Part shown: positions 50,646 through 64,000 of the stretch, piece after piece
Numbering within the stretch: the first letter of the stretch is position 1
How the letters are laid out: each line of letters starts with the position of its first letter
Assembly: GCA_002189035.1 (NCBI GenBank)
Contig: NEEC01000002.1
Location: 5,394,001-5,458,000 of the forward strand
Reading direction: 5' to 3'
Source of the DNA: Utricularia gibba
Taxonomy: Eukaryota; Plantae; Magnoliophyta
Length of the DNA: 64,000 bases
The notes under the pieces: generated by a model
Database searches by the model: none
What the model was told of the DNA's origin: nothing
What the model saw: the letters and a program-made list of their open reading frames with translations, nothing else
Translations under genes and position numbers: made by a program

Positions 50646-53239
50646 ATGAAGCTTCTCAAGCTACTCTTCTTTCTCCCCTTCCTTTTCGTTTCCTCTTCCG
50701 CCCCCACCTGCTCTGATTCCGACCAGGGCCGTCTTCTGACCCGGGCCTTCGCCGCTGTTCCAAAGTTCAACGCTTTGTGGGTTTTCAACTCCACCCGCGA
50801 CTGCCGCCGAGTCTTCATCACTGATATAAGAGTGCCGGCGAGAAATCTCACCGGAACTGTGGACTGGAAATCCCTCGCAAACATCACGACGCTGAGGGTT
50901 CTCGATCTTTCCGGCAACTCCCTGACGGGAACTCTTCCATCTTACGTTTGGTTACTCCCGGCGCTGGTTGAGCTCAACGTCGCCAATAACCGCCTTGGCG
51001 GCAAAGTTGGCGCTCCTTCGAATCTGAGGGACTCGCTTATCCAAAGAGTCGATGTTTCGTTTAATCGATTCAAGGTTTTGGGGGATTTAACGAATCTTGC
51101 TACTCACCTCACTTCTTTGAATGTCTCTGGTAACAATTTCAATTCCCCGTTTCCCCTGTGGCTTGCAAACTTGTCGAACCTTCAATTTCTTGATGTCTCG
51201 GGTGTAACTTTTCTGGGAATGTGAACCCAGTTGCTGGTCTCAGATCATTGACACATCTCGATGTTTCGAGAAACCATTTAACCGGTAATTTCTCCGGCGA
51301 CTTCCCGCCATTGGAGCATCTGCAGAGGCTGAATGTTTCCTTCAATAATTTCTCCGGGGTTGTTGCATCTAATCAGATTCGCAGATTTGGCACTTCCGCG
51401 TTCCTTCATGGTGGAAATCATCTCATAATTGAGAGACAGAACCGACCTCCCGTCGTCACCACATCTCCCGATTTACATCAGAGTCCCCATAACCCAATAG
51501 ACACAGTTCCCGTGCCCCAGACTGAGAACCGGAACAGGGAACGGGGTGGAGGCGTGAATCGAAGAACGTTGATAGCAATCGTGAGCGCGGTTTCGTCGCT
51601 GGTGCTGCTAACGGGGTGCTGTGTTTCACGGCGATATACAAACGGAAACAGAGGAATCGAGAAGCCGAAAAATGGTCGATTTCGATGCCCATACAAATCC
51701 CCCCATTCCGAATCGAGAACGAGAAATCGGGGCCGTTTTCATTCGAAACAGAATCCGGGTCATCGTGGGTCGCGGATATCCGGGAACCCACTTCCGCTCC
51801 GGTTATCCTGTTCGAGAAGCCGTTGATGAGCCACCTGAGCTTCAAGGATCTGATGGTGGCCACCTCGCATTTCGGGAAGGAGTCGCTGATGGCGGAAGGG
51901 AGATCGGGGCCGGTCTACAGAGCGGTCCTACCCGGCGAGCTCCACGTCGTCATTAAAGTACTGGAGAATGTACGGCACGTCCCCGACGCGGAGGAATTGT
52001 TTCGACACCTCTCGATGCTCCGGCACCCGAACCTGTTGCCGATTTGCGGGTACTGCATTGCAGGTAAACTTAAATGCTCATATTCCCTCTCATTGCATCG
52101 CGTGTCCCCCGATCCCATTCAATTCCTCTCTTCCTTTCACATTTTACATTGAATTGCCTGCTCCCCCTTCCCTTTCAAGTGGGTTGTATCAATTAATTTT
52201 ACCCTGCCGTCTTTCACCACCCCCTCCAAATAACCTCGACGGGCCACCGCCTCTGTCACTAAACTCCGATATAGAGCCCGGCGGTACTTAAGCTTGCTTA
52301 GATGTTTGTGGGAAATGTAGCACAAGAGTGAGCAGACATCCAGTTAGTTTAGTTTTAGGGTGCGGAGGTGGGGATGCCGTGTGCCCTGTAGGAGGAGACT
52401 GACTGAGAGGTCAGACCGTGGGGGTGGGTGGGTGGGGGATTGATAGGAAACGTGGGAGGTTGTGTGTGGTGTCTGGCACTTGGCAGTTGGAGGATTTATT
52501 TCTTCACCAGGGAAGCTCCAGTCTGTAGACTGTGGCATGGCAGTGGAGTAGAGGAGCAGGCATTCATCACTCATGGGGTTGCTTTCTTTTCTTTCTCTTC
52601 ATTTAGATCAGATCGATGATGATTATATGGTTTGCAGGGACGGAGAAGCTGGTGTTGACGGCGTTTATGGGCAACGGCGACCTCCGCCGCTGGTTGCGCG
52701 AGCTTCCGACGGGGGCAGCCAACGTGGAGGACTGGAGCGGCGACACGTGGGAGATTCCTCAAGACAACTCACCCGATAAACTAGCATGGCGTACGCGGTA
52801 CCGCATCGCCGTCGGGGTGGCGCGTGGCGTCGCGTATCTCCACCACGCGGGTTCGAAGCCGGTGGTTCACGGCCATCTGGTGCCTTCCAACGTCCTTCTG
52901 GACGACGACCTGGTGCCCCGAGTCACCGATTTCGGGCTCAATTCCGGGGGCTCCACGGCGGAAGACGTGTACCATTTTGGCATCATTTTGATGGAGCTCT
53001 TGACGTACGACTTCAAACTGGGGTCCGTGGATAAGATACGGAGATTGGTGAAGGACAGACGTGGCATGGAGGCCCTCGACCAGCGGCTCCGGGACGGCGA
53101 GGGATCGGCGAGCAGTGAGATGGTGAAGTGCCTGCAAGTCGCCTACTTGTGCACCGCGGACGCCCCGGAGAAGCGCCCCTCTATGCAGCAAGTCGTGGGT
53201 CTGCTCAAAGATATACATCCTTCGTCCTCCTCTGCTTAG
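50646..53239 (+). CDS. LRR receptor-like kinase, CaMRLK/MEE62-like, 2 exons (intron 52064-52637)
   Basis: Signal peptide, LRRs ([26 protein letters not shown]), TM segment, [30 protein letters not shown] and [14 protein letters not shown]. Two -1 indels in G runs (51200-51202, 51613-51616). Ortholog call is from memory. Confidence 0.88.
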
Positions 53240-53670
53240 TGTCGTTTCTGCACAACGTAGGAAAACAACAACACTCCCTTCCTCCCTCCCTTAGTTGTTA
53301 AATACAATCATCTTTTACGTCCTGATGTACAAGTAGATCCTGGGAGCATTGGGCCTCAAAGGGCAGCACAAGAAGAGCAATGGACAGAGGGAGGCCCAGC
53401 GCAGACACACGTGATAACTCAAAGGCAGACAGTCTTTCTTTCTTGTCCCGAGTTGGGGAAATGATTATGCTGGCGCTTGGATGATAAAAGACACTACATG
53501 GTGGTTTCAGAAGAACTTTCTAATTCTTCTTAACACATCTCTCTTATGTTGACAGTGGATAAGGACTGTGCCATGTTTTTTTTTGCATCAAGCGTTTATA
53601 TGTTATATGTTGGAACATTGAAGCCATCACATCACGCACATGAGCCACGCCATCAAATTTGTTAATATTT

Positions 53671-54110
53671 AAGAAAATTACAATATAAAACCCAAAGTTT
53701 AATATCTTAACAAAATTAATTTTCCCTTTTTAATATAAATTACGCAACTTATTTTCATCGACAAAATCAATCTCCAAAGTTTCATGTATTGACATAATTA
53801 ATCTTTAAAATTTGATGTACCAGATATAATTAATCTGTAAAATATTTATGTTATTTTTTATTCTCCAAAGTTTGGAAATCGATCATATTTAGTTTTCTAC
53901 TATTAAAAAAACTAATTACAATTAGATGAAGATTAATTTTATAAAATTTTTAAATAATTAAAAATTAATAATATCAATTATTTCAAATAATGTGAACTAC
54001 TTATCTCAAATTGATAGGTACCAAGATATTGGAGATCAATTTTTGATAAATTAGAAACGAATTTTAAAATTTTATGCACACAGTATGGATCAATTTTACT
54101 ATTATTTTAA
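53671..54110. mobile_element. Possible Mutator-type MITE
   Basis: Roughly 30-bp-spaced CTCCAAAGTTT-like motifs at the left and inverted GGAGATCAATTTT/GGATCAATTTT motifs at the right; no TSD found. Confidence 0.3.
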
Positions 54111-56614
54111 AATAATGGGAAAAAATTAAAATAGTGAGAACTAGTTTTCTAATTTTTACAGGTATTTGAGATTAATGATACCAAGGGCCCTATTTGATTT
54201 GAACATTCATGATTAGTCACGATTCATGATTATTTTAATATTTCTTTTTTATATTTAGTTTACTAAAGTTATTTTTTGATATTTAAATGAATCATTGGAG
54301 GTTGGTTATGATCTTGTAAACAATCTTATTTTTTCTTCTTTCTTTTAAATTTGCGTACAATTGTGCTTTTCTAGTACTCTCATCTTTTCTAAAACACATA
54401 CTTTTATTACATGGTGTTCCGCTTACTCACGATTAGATCCTCTAATCATCAAAAGATTCATTGCAATCAATCACGGAAGGAGTCACATGGCATCTTTAAT
54501 GATTTCCAGAAATCTATAAATCCAAGTTACATTACTAATTTTTCAGAAATCCAATAAATGACTTTTCACCATTTTACATATGTATCTCAGAAAATTGGTT
54601 TAATTATAAATAAAATTAGAAAATTTAAATTTTATCCATGATTAAAATTATTAAAAACTTTAAATATTATACATAAAATAAATTGAAATAAATATAATTA
54701 GAACATTTAATTAAAATTTGATCAAATATATTCGATCAAATCATTTTTAAATGTTTAAATATTAACATCATATGAATTGAGTATTCTATCAATTTACTTA
54801 TAGTGTATAGTCTTAAGAACCAAAAGTCATTACAAAAGAAGTGAAAAAAAAGGGTTAAACTTGATGTTATTGGAAGTTTACATTTGGAAACTATGTTTTC
54901 ATAAATTGCATTTTTAGGAATTCAAAACATTAGCATAGCTTGAAAATTTAATAAATAAATATGTACAAACATGTAACTATTTCCGAAAATAAATAAAGAT
55001 GTTCTAACCATGGCCTTGTTTTCAACACTTGGGGTATTTCCCATTAGACACAAAAATGATGGCATATTGAGATGGTGCTATAAAAAAAGCAAATAAACAA
55101 TTCTCACTATATCAATTTCAAATATTTGCATTTTGAGTGAATTGGTAAAATAGCCCATTACAAAAACTTTAATACAACATTAGTCATATTTGGTAAACTT
55201 GGCTAAATAATTCCTCTTTTTAAAAAATAATTATTTTTATTAATATATATATTACGGTCGTAAATTGGTTTCATTAAGGAAACTTGATTTTTGAATGATG
55301 GGATCAAGTTGTTTAGTTCCGACTTAAGGTTAGTCAGTTTTTTTGGGTTGATGTTTGAGTGAAAACATTAATGACTGACTAGAATTTTTACATAGAAACT
55401 ATCGGAACGGAAAAATTATGAAACTAAATAATACAAGTCAAAATGTAGAGAGTTCAATCTTTTATTCTTTAAATTTCCTTATATTTATATGGAGAACCGA
55501 TCCAACTGAATTTTACAGATATTGGCTACTTTTTGCATTTGATAGCCATACACGTGGTACTGTTGAAAGATAACTACCGATTGCTATGATATTCATTTAA
55601 TTCGATTATTTTTCAGACTTTGCCAAAAATGATCACCATAACTTAGTTTTGAGATTTATCAGTCTACCTACCTATAACAGGTTGTCAGGACACACTAACG
55701 ACCTCCTTCTAGTTGATTTCGTCAAGGAGAGACCGATTTTGCTATCTTATGGTTCGTTGATTTATAAGTGTCTCCTCCACTTGCTTCCCCTTGGCACTTG
55801 CCGATTTCAAATTACATCAATGTATTTCATTTAATGTATAAAAAATATATTTCTTAAATACAATGTATCATTTATTTGATAAAAATTATCTTTTTAAAGG
55901 AATTTTTTATAAATAAAAAATATAGATTCTGCAAAAATTATATTTTATCCTAATGCAATTAGCTATATTTATAATTTAACATATAAAAAACTTATATAAT
56001 TTTTCCAATGTCATAAATCATAGTATTTTTTTATATAAATAATAGTGTAACACATTTTAATGTAACTAATATTCATTATCATAACTTTTTTCAATATTTA
56101 ATAAGTTTACATATTAAAAAATGGATTATATCACAATCTACATTGATATTGACTTGGTGCAATTCCATTACATTGGGGAAATTGCGTTTTTAAACTACAA
56201 AAATGGGATTTGATAGGTATATAGTAAAAATTTAGAATTAATAAAACAATAAGTTAATCAGATTTAAGATTGATTTAGATAATGCGTCATCCACACGCAA
56301 TATGTTAGTGGAGTTATATTTGCTCTCAAATATTTTATTTTCCCAAATAAATGGTAAGAGTTTGCACTTTTTGGTATCTATGGGTTGTCAATATATTTAC
56401 CAGAATTGACAATGTAATTGATTTAATCTCATAAAAAAAACTCAAGTTGTGTGTGACACTATTCATGATAATGTACTCAATCAATGATTTGACCATATTT
56501 ATACCATTGAAAATAGTATTAGAACGGAAACTCATTCAAAACACAAACATGTATCAAATAAACCTTCAATTTTTGAATCACTTTTATGAAGAATGTATTA
56601 ATTGAGAATTATAG

Positions 56615-59495
56615 TATTACACTATCGGGAGACGCATAAAAAATCATTGGATGATGACTATTATTTTACTTCCACTTTATTTTATTTGTACTTTAAATAT
56701 ATGCATATGTTAAAAACACTGTAAGAAAATTGAAGTGGATTTTCTTTTTCTTCTTTGTATCAATCCCTTCCTTCGCTTCCTTCCAGCTCGAGTGTTTGAT
56801 TTCTCACATCTCTAAAGACATGCTTGTTCATGGTGCGGTGAGTATGGATCTGAGAAAAATGACAACTCTGAAACTATAGGAAAAAAATTAGTAGACTCTC
56901 CTAAGTTAGATATTCTTTATTTGAGAAGACTACTCCAACTTCTTCAATCTTCAAGAGTTGATGTATCAGATCCATTATATATATGTGGATTTGAAAACCT
57001 TGATCTCATTCTTATTCAACCTGCACTTACAACAAGAAATTATCTATCTTGGCAGCGAAATATGACCATGGCTTTAGAAGCTCATAGCAAGTTAGGTTTT
57101 GTGAATGGAGTATTGCCAGACCCACTACCATCTAAGGTATCTTAAGTTTTCTGTAATAGGATGGACGTCATGGTGAGGTGGTGGTTCATTAATTCCATTT
57201 AAAAAGAATTAGAAAATAATTTCAATTCCAAAGATACAGGTATGGAACTTGGGATACGATAAAGAAACAACTTGGACAAATGAATTTAGTTGTAATTTAC
57301 CATATACAACATGAGTTGTATCATTTTTCTCAAAGAGCAATGATAGTTAGTGATTATTATGCAAAAATGAAAAATTTATGGGCATACTTAGAGGGTTTGA
57401 TGCCATTCAATCAATGTGATTTGCAAGGATACCAAAGGAGCGCATACGACCAAATTGATTAAGCTCGTGAATGGCTTGAATGAACATTTTACCCCACAAA
57501 GAATCAAGTGATCATCATTAGGCCAGAGCTTTATTTAGATCAAGCATATGTAATGATTGTAGCAGTGGAAGTTGAAACGAAAATGAGGTTAGTTTCATTG
57601 GTTCTAGAAAGTGCTTGAATGAGTAATCAATATGTGAGCTACAATCAGTAATAGTTGAGGGCAACAATGCAATTTGTAGTCTCATCTGCTCAAATAATAG
57701 ATCCTAAAAGTCGAGTGTGTAGTTATTGTAAAAGCGAAGGTCACGTAAAAGACACTTGCTACAAACTACATGACTATCCTGCTAACCAAAGAAAAAGAAA
57801 AATCAAAATCAAATATCTTTTGTGAAAATAGTATAAGCTAGCCTGCTAAAGTTCCCTAGTTATTGAGAAAATGAAATACATATTAGTGAATAAAAAAAAA
57901 CAATTCATGGAAGATTATTCAGCAAGAGCTGCTCAATCTGGTTTCTCCATAGTCACAATTTAGTGCAATTGAGTAGACTCATTATGTTTTCAAGAATTAT
58001 GCAACTACATCTGTTAGTTTGAATGTTATTTTATCTTTGATGGGTAATAGAGACTAGATAATTGACACTAAAGCCACTATTCATTTATGTACCAAAAAAT
58101 CAATGTTTTCCTATCTAAGTTCTTTATCTAAACTTGTGACCATTTTATTTCTTGATGGTTTTAATCAACTTGCCACACATAGCTATTTTGTTATGTTGTT
58201 ATATGTATTAACACTTCAAGACGTCATTTATGTTCCCACTTTCAAACATAATTTACTTTTCATTTCCAGACTTGCGAGCTTCATCTCATTCTTCATAACT
58301 AATACTACTCTATTTTGCAAGATCATGTATCCAGCAATATCATAGCAGTTGATATCCAACGTCATGGGCTATTTATGTTGAAACATCGTTCTGTTTTACC
58401 ACATACCATTCAATTGTACATCTTTGATTTGCAAGACAAATTGTCTTTAGAACAAAAACATCTTTTGTTACATTCAGGTGGTCTCTTTTTGACTTCCATG
58501 GCTATGTATTGTGCACATGTCAATTCTACTTATTCACATTTATTGTGGCATAATAGATTGGGTCATGTCTCAAATCAACATTTTCTATTAGACTGCTTCA
58601 CTCATAACAATCCATGTGATGTTTGTGAGTATGCTTAATTCTATAGGTTACTATTCACCCCAAATGAAAATTGATTATCCCATCCATTATTTTTATTATA
58701 TTGTGACACTTGGGAGCCTTACTTCACAACCATTGTTATTGGTCAAAATGTGTTTATAAAGAAAATTTGAAAGCCGATATGACTTTCGAGAAGGTAAAGC
58801 ATGATTGGTTTCTAAGGGTTATACCCAAATCGAAAGATCAGATTATTTTGATATTTATGCTAACCAAAAAACAACACATAGTGTCATGCTACTCTACAGA
58901 GGCAAAATATCAATGTCTTGGATCAACCTCTCTTGAATTATTATGGGTCTTTTATTTGGCACATGACCTTGGCATTGTTTTTCCCAAATCGATTTCTTTT
59001 TTGTGTGATAGTCAATATGCTTTACATATTACAAAGAATCCGGTTTTTCATGAGAAAACTAAGCATTTAGATATAGATTGGCATTTGGTTCATGACTTCT
59101 TTAAGATTGATTTTTTACTTCATCAGTTTGTTTCTTCATGGTCACAAATAGCCGATTGCTTCATAAAAGCCCTTGTTGCTCCTGCATTTCAACATCTCTT
59201 GTCCAAGTTGCGCGTTCGTGCTTTCCGAGTACCCAACTTGAGTACCCAACTTGAGGGGGGGAGGATATTACACTATTAGGAGACACAAATGCATATGGAT
59301 ACAAAAGAAATTATTGAAAGATAACTCTTATTTTATTTTTATTATATTTTATTTGTATTTTAAATATAAACATACATTAAGAATACTGTAATAAGATTGA
59401 AATAGATTTTCTCTTTCTTATCTTCATCTCCTTTCCTTCACTTCCTTCCAATTTGAGTATTTGGCTTCTCACATTTCCAAAGACACGCTTGTTCT
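56615..59495 (+). mobile_element. Decayed Ty1/copia LTR retrotransposon, internally deleted
   Basis: LTRs 56615-56830 and 59266-59495; TSD TATAG/TGTAG; PBS 56831-56850; PPT 59253-59265. Remnants of gag (NYLSWQRNMTMALEAHSKLGFVNG), CCHC, protease (WIIDT), pre-integrase (LWHNRLGH) and RNase H (CDSQYALHITKNPVFHEKTKHLDID). RT is largely missing. Confidence 0.93.
56831..56850 (+). other. Primer-binding site complementary to tRNA-Phe(GAA)
   Basis: TGGTGCGGTGAGTATGGATC vs the reverse complement of the plant tRNA-Phe 3' end, TGGTGCGGTGAGCGTGGATC as I recall it: 18/20, with CG replaced by TA. Confidence 0.8.
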
Positions 59496-61468
59496 TGTAG
59501 GTTATATTGCAAATATTTCTTAATGACACCAAATTCACAATATTTGATTCTATATGAAATCTATGATTTCATCACCATCAATTTTTTTCATTAAAATATA
59601 ATATTATGTAACAATATAATAGATACAATTTTTTTCATAATTTCACTTCTACCTATGAAAAGAATTTGACCAATACATATATTGAGGATTACAACTAGAT
59701 AGTTTATATATAATTTTCACTGATATTATGTATAATGTGTGGATTTTTGCTCATGTACATTCTAACTAACTTATAAATAATATGAGCAAAAATCCACAAA
59801 TTAGTGTGGGGTTGTATCAACATCACGTGTCAAAAATTACAACCATTTGATGGAAATGATCTATTGCATATATGTGAAAACTCATTAGTGTCTAATAAAC
59901 ATATTACTTGGATAATATTCCATGACAGAGTACAATATAAGATAAATTTATTTTTCACATACTCAATGAATTTTAAATTCTACCATCATATATGACTTAA
60001 TCCATTTAATTTTCAAATTTGGTGGTATGACTACAAAATATGCTAAGATGAACAAAGGAGGTGTTATTTGTCACTTATATACATTGTCAAAGTATAGTGC
60101 TCACATACCTTAATCATCATAGCATACCTTAGTTAACCATACTTTAAATAACTATAGTCAACATTTAATAAAAAAATACTTTGTAGATAGGGCAATCATT
60201 GCTCATGGGATAGTTCTACATCAAATAAAGTTTACATAAACAATTAAAGAACTCATTTTGATGGACTCTAATAACATTAGTAGCATATGAGTTAGAGATC
60301 ACAATAAAGACATGACGACAACCTCTATATCATTTAAGTATAAGTGGCATATACATTTTTCAAGTGTGTTGTTTATATATGAATAGAACCTATATATATT
60401 TGTATATTTTTTTATATAACAAGTGTTGATACAAAATCAATGTAAAATTATATTTTTTTTATTAAAAATAAAAAATTCATGCTTTTGAAATGGACATTGT
60501 TTATGTAATTCACATCAGTTTATAATTTTTTTGTTAATATTATTTATAAATATGTTAAATGATTAATAAATTTATTATAAAATTAAAATTTTACAATATT
60601 AAATACAATGATTTTGAAATTTTATATATTTATAACATTATTGTAGATTCAATATGTATAAAATTATATTAATTTAATGAATGAAAGTATTTTAAATTTT
60701 TATTTATTGGCATCTTTTGTAAAGTTATATATTTAAACTTGTATTTGAATTTTTTTGTAAATATAATTATTTATTTTTTATTATATGAAATATAGTAATA
60801 TATATTATATAAAAAATATTACAAGTATTTAATAAATAAATAGATAAAATAGGGTTATTTTGTTAATGATTATATAATACGATTTTTTGACTAATAAAAT
60901 TTTATTTTTGTAAAAAGTTCCTTGCATTCTTGACAAAGATAGCAATAGATGATGTTGATACTCTCTTTGTGTAGTTATTTGAACAATGGATGAGAAGTTG
61001 GGTAAAAAAAGAAAATGAAATATAATGTTTTAGTAATGAACTATTTTTAATTAAATAAATTAAAATTTAAAATATTTATAAACTAAAATATTATTTAAAG
61101 AAATTTAACTCATTATTCAATGTAATCATGAATTTAAGAATCAATCTAACCTCATTTTGAATCTATAATTTTAAAACATTGGTATAAATATTAGTGATTG
61201 AATAATCGACATAAATTAATAATTTTAAAAAAATTAACATATTTTTTCATATTTCACGACATAAATGTAATGTAATTAATGATCAAATATATATTAACTA
61301 ATTTGTCCTAAAGTTGCGTACCCTATAAATTGAACTGTCGCATTTAACTTCTATCATTCGTTCCTTTTGCATCTTCCTGCCTGGCCCAACCTATGATGAC
61401 GTTAGGTGGGTCCGAGTCCACGTCACACTTCAGTTTGTCATAGGGACCCACCTGTACGGGCACACACA

Positions 61469-61488
61469 CCCCCCCCCCCCCCCCCCCC
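61469..61488. repeat. C20 homopolymer preceded by a (CA)n tract
   Basis: Direct reading; the length may be unreliable in a long-read assembly. Confidence 0.85.
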
Positions 61489-62112
61489 TCTACGATTTGC
61501 CATTTGCTATGAAATGAAAACAAAATCGGTTTATTTTATTCTTTTTAAACACAAAAAAATCCCAATGAATTTGAAATGTTTAACATCAACTTGAAATTAA
61601 TATTTTTTAAAAAAAATTATTCAAATTATTTGTGTGTGAAATTGCAAAAAATTTATATATATTTAGGAGGGCGTCGGGGGCGGTATGGTTTTGGGGGATC
61701 CCCAACGGTAACATGTGATTTTGGCAGCTTCTACAGGGGCATTTTGGAGATACCATTGAAAATCCAACGGTCCAAATATCAATTTCTCATTACATGTTAA
61801 AAAGCGAATCCCCCCTGGGAAAGCTCTCCAACACAAATCTTTCTTCTCCTCTTTCACTTTTTGTTGTTCTGGGTTCAACCTTCACTTGCTTTTCTACTCT
61901 TCTTTCACAACTCTGAGTTGTTTACACGTCATTCAGGTGAAGAAAGCAATAGTTGCTGTCCCCCTGTTTTTTTTTTTCCTTTTCTTGACTTTTGCTTTGT
62001 TGTTAAGGCAGGGGAAGTGGGGGTTCTTGACTTTTTATCCCCATGGATTTGCTTTTGCTGATTTAATGTTTCTTTTGAATGAGAATTTCGGGGAATGTGT
62101 GTAGATTGAGTG

Positions 62113-64000
62113 ATGGCTGCACCAGCACCTAAACCGGAGGAAGTAAGCCACCCACCAATGGAACAGCTTCAAGGATTAGAATATTGCATTAATTCAAATC
62201 CTTCTTGGGGTACGTATGATAATTGTGGCGTTTATTGTATTTTTTTTGGTGCAGTGGATTCATTAGTTCTGTTTTAATGGTTCCTGAATGTGGCACAGCT
62301 GAGGCAGTGGCGCTTGGATTTCAGCATTATGTGTTAGCACTGGGAACTGCGGTGATGATTCCTTCGTTTTTAGTCCCGTTAATGGGTGGGAATGATGTAA
62401 GATAGCTCGACTTTTGGTCTTTTATTTTTTTGTGGGGGTGCTTCACGTTGATGAACATTATTCTTTATTAATCTTTGGATAATGGAGTTTGTGTTGTTTG
62501 TTATCAGAAAGACAAGGCCAGAGTAGTGCAGACTTTGTTATTTGTTGAAGGGATAAATACACTTGTCCAGACATTGTTTGGCAGCAGATTGCCTACTGTT
62601 ATTGGAGGATCATGGGCATTCGTAATTCCGATAATTTCGATCATCCATGACCCATCCTTTCAGGGAATCACCGACCCTCAGACGGTATGGAGCGTCTGTA
62701 CATGGTCCCTCTTATTACTTTTCATCAGCTCGCTAAATGGATTCTGCATTGATTAAAAAAGAATAAAAGGTGATATGAGCAGCATTTGTAGTATATTCGT
62801 TCCCATATTTCTTGTTTTTATGTAGAGGTTTCGAAGCACAATGCAAGCAATACAAGGTGCACTTATAGTGGCTTCAAGTCTTCAAATAATATTGGGTTAC
62901 AGCCAGATATGGGCCATATGTTCCAGGTATGGACAGCTTTTCGGTGGGATAAGGCCGATATATCATGATGATGATCAGAGTGAATCAATAGGTGATACTG
63001 TAGCTTTCATGTATATCTCACAGGTTTTTCAGCCCACTGGGAATGGTTCCAGTGATTTCTTTGGTAGGACTTGGCCTTTTTGATAGGGGCTTCCCCGTGG
63101 TAAGTGGAAAATTGCGTGCATAAGTTAATAAATAGATTGGATACTAACAGAAAAAGTGTATTTTTTTTTTCTGCTGTGGATCATCATCAGGTTGGACGAT
63201 GCGTGGAAACCGGTGTTCCAATGCTTATCGTGTTCGTTGTATTGTCCCAGGTGGTATCAGTGAACCTAGATGCTTTATATAAACAGCATGGAACTAAGCC
63301 CTACTGTTGTTTTGCAGTATCTGAAGTTTACCCAGTTGAGAAAAGTCCCCATCCTTCAGAGATTCGCCCTTCTCATCTCTGTTGCTATTATATGGACTTA
63401 TGCAGAGATCTTAACATCAAGTGGGGCGTACAAGCACCGCCCCGAGCTAACACAGAGAAACTGCTGCACAAATAAAGCTCATCTCATTTCAGCTGCACCA
63501 TGGTGAACTAATCTTTCGATTTTCTGTCCTTATGTGGATGATTATAACCAAATATAATCCTCTCCTCTCCTCTTGAAACAGGATAAGAGTCCCGTATCCA
63601 CTTCAGTGGGGTGCACCTAAATTTGATGGCGGCCATGCATTTGGAATGATGTCTGCTGTGATAGTATCAATGATTGAGGTAAAAAAAGATGATGAAAATC
63701 CCAATTCCAAGTTAGCTTGTCATGTTTTTGGAGTGAATATTTCAATGAAGTTCTGCCTTCTGCAGTCAACGGGAGCATATAATGCTGCAGCTCGTTTTGC
63801 AAGTGCCACGCCACCACCTGCTCATGTTCTTAGCCGTGGAATCGGGTGGCAGGTTCGGAATTGATAGGAGGAATAAAGCATCAGTTTCTGTTCAAGTGAA
63901 GGCTTTTTATCTAATAAGTTCAACATATTTCTGTGTTTGGACAGGGCATTGGCATCCTTTTGGATGGACTATTTGGAACCTCTACAGGGTCTACTGTCTC
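62113..64000 (+). CDS. Nucleobase-ascorbate transporter (NAT1/NAT2-like), first 10 exons, truncated by the window end
   Basis: HPPMEQLQGLEYCINSNPSW, LGFQHY, QTLLFVEGINTL, RLPTVIGGS, PYPLQWGAP, ESTGAY, LSRGIGWQ|GIGILLDGLFG. Confidence 0.95.

Noticed and set aside
38210-52340. Partial matches to miR394 (38211), miR398 (47312) and miR156 (52324)
   Set aside because: Only 9-11 nt identity and no complementary star arm.

Overview
Angiosperm (probably eudicot) nuclear DNA; the species cannot be determined from sequence alone. There are ten intron-containing host genes: TypA/SVR3, a group-4 remorin, TORTIFOLIA1/SPR2, RH32/DBP4 helicase, ribosomal protein L17, ornithine carbamoyltransferase, a DUF688 protein, a GARP/MYB-like TF, a CaMRLK-like LRR kinase, and a NAT transporter truncated by the window end. 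Bases 1-12 kb are transposon-rich: a Pong-like remnant, a TRIM-like element, a gypsy solo LTR and a Ulp1-carrying MULE. A hAT MITE lies at 20.4-21.0 kb and a decayed tRNA-Phe-primed Copia element with TA-starting LTRs at 56.6-59.5 kb. The most unusual observation is at 26.4-30.0 kb. About 405 bp covering the RH32 proximal promoter, non-coding exon 1 and the start of intron 1 is duplicated 3.2 kb upstream and fused to a lone PIF/Harbinger DDE nuclease gene. The duplicated exon has gained an ATG that is in frame with the nuclease after splicing. Four single-base homopolymer frameshifts in three otherwise intact host genes suggest residual long-read assembly errors, which affects how pseudogene calls in this window should be read. 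All alignments, identities and family assignments were made by eye or from memory; no database search was run.
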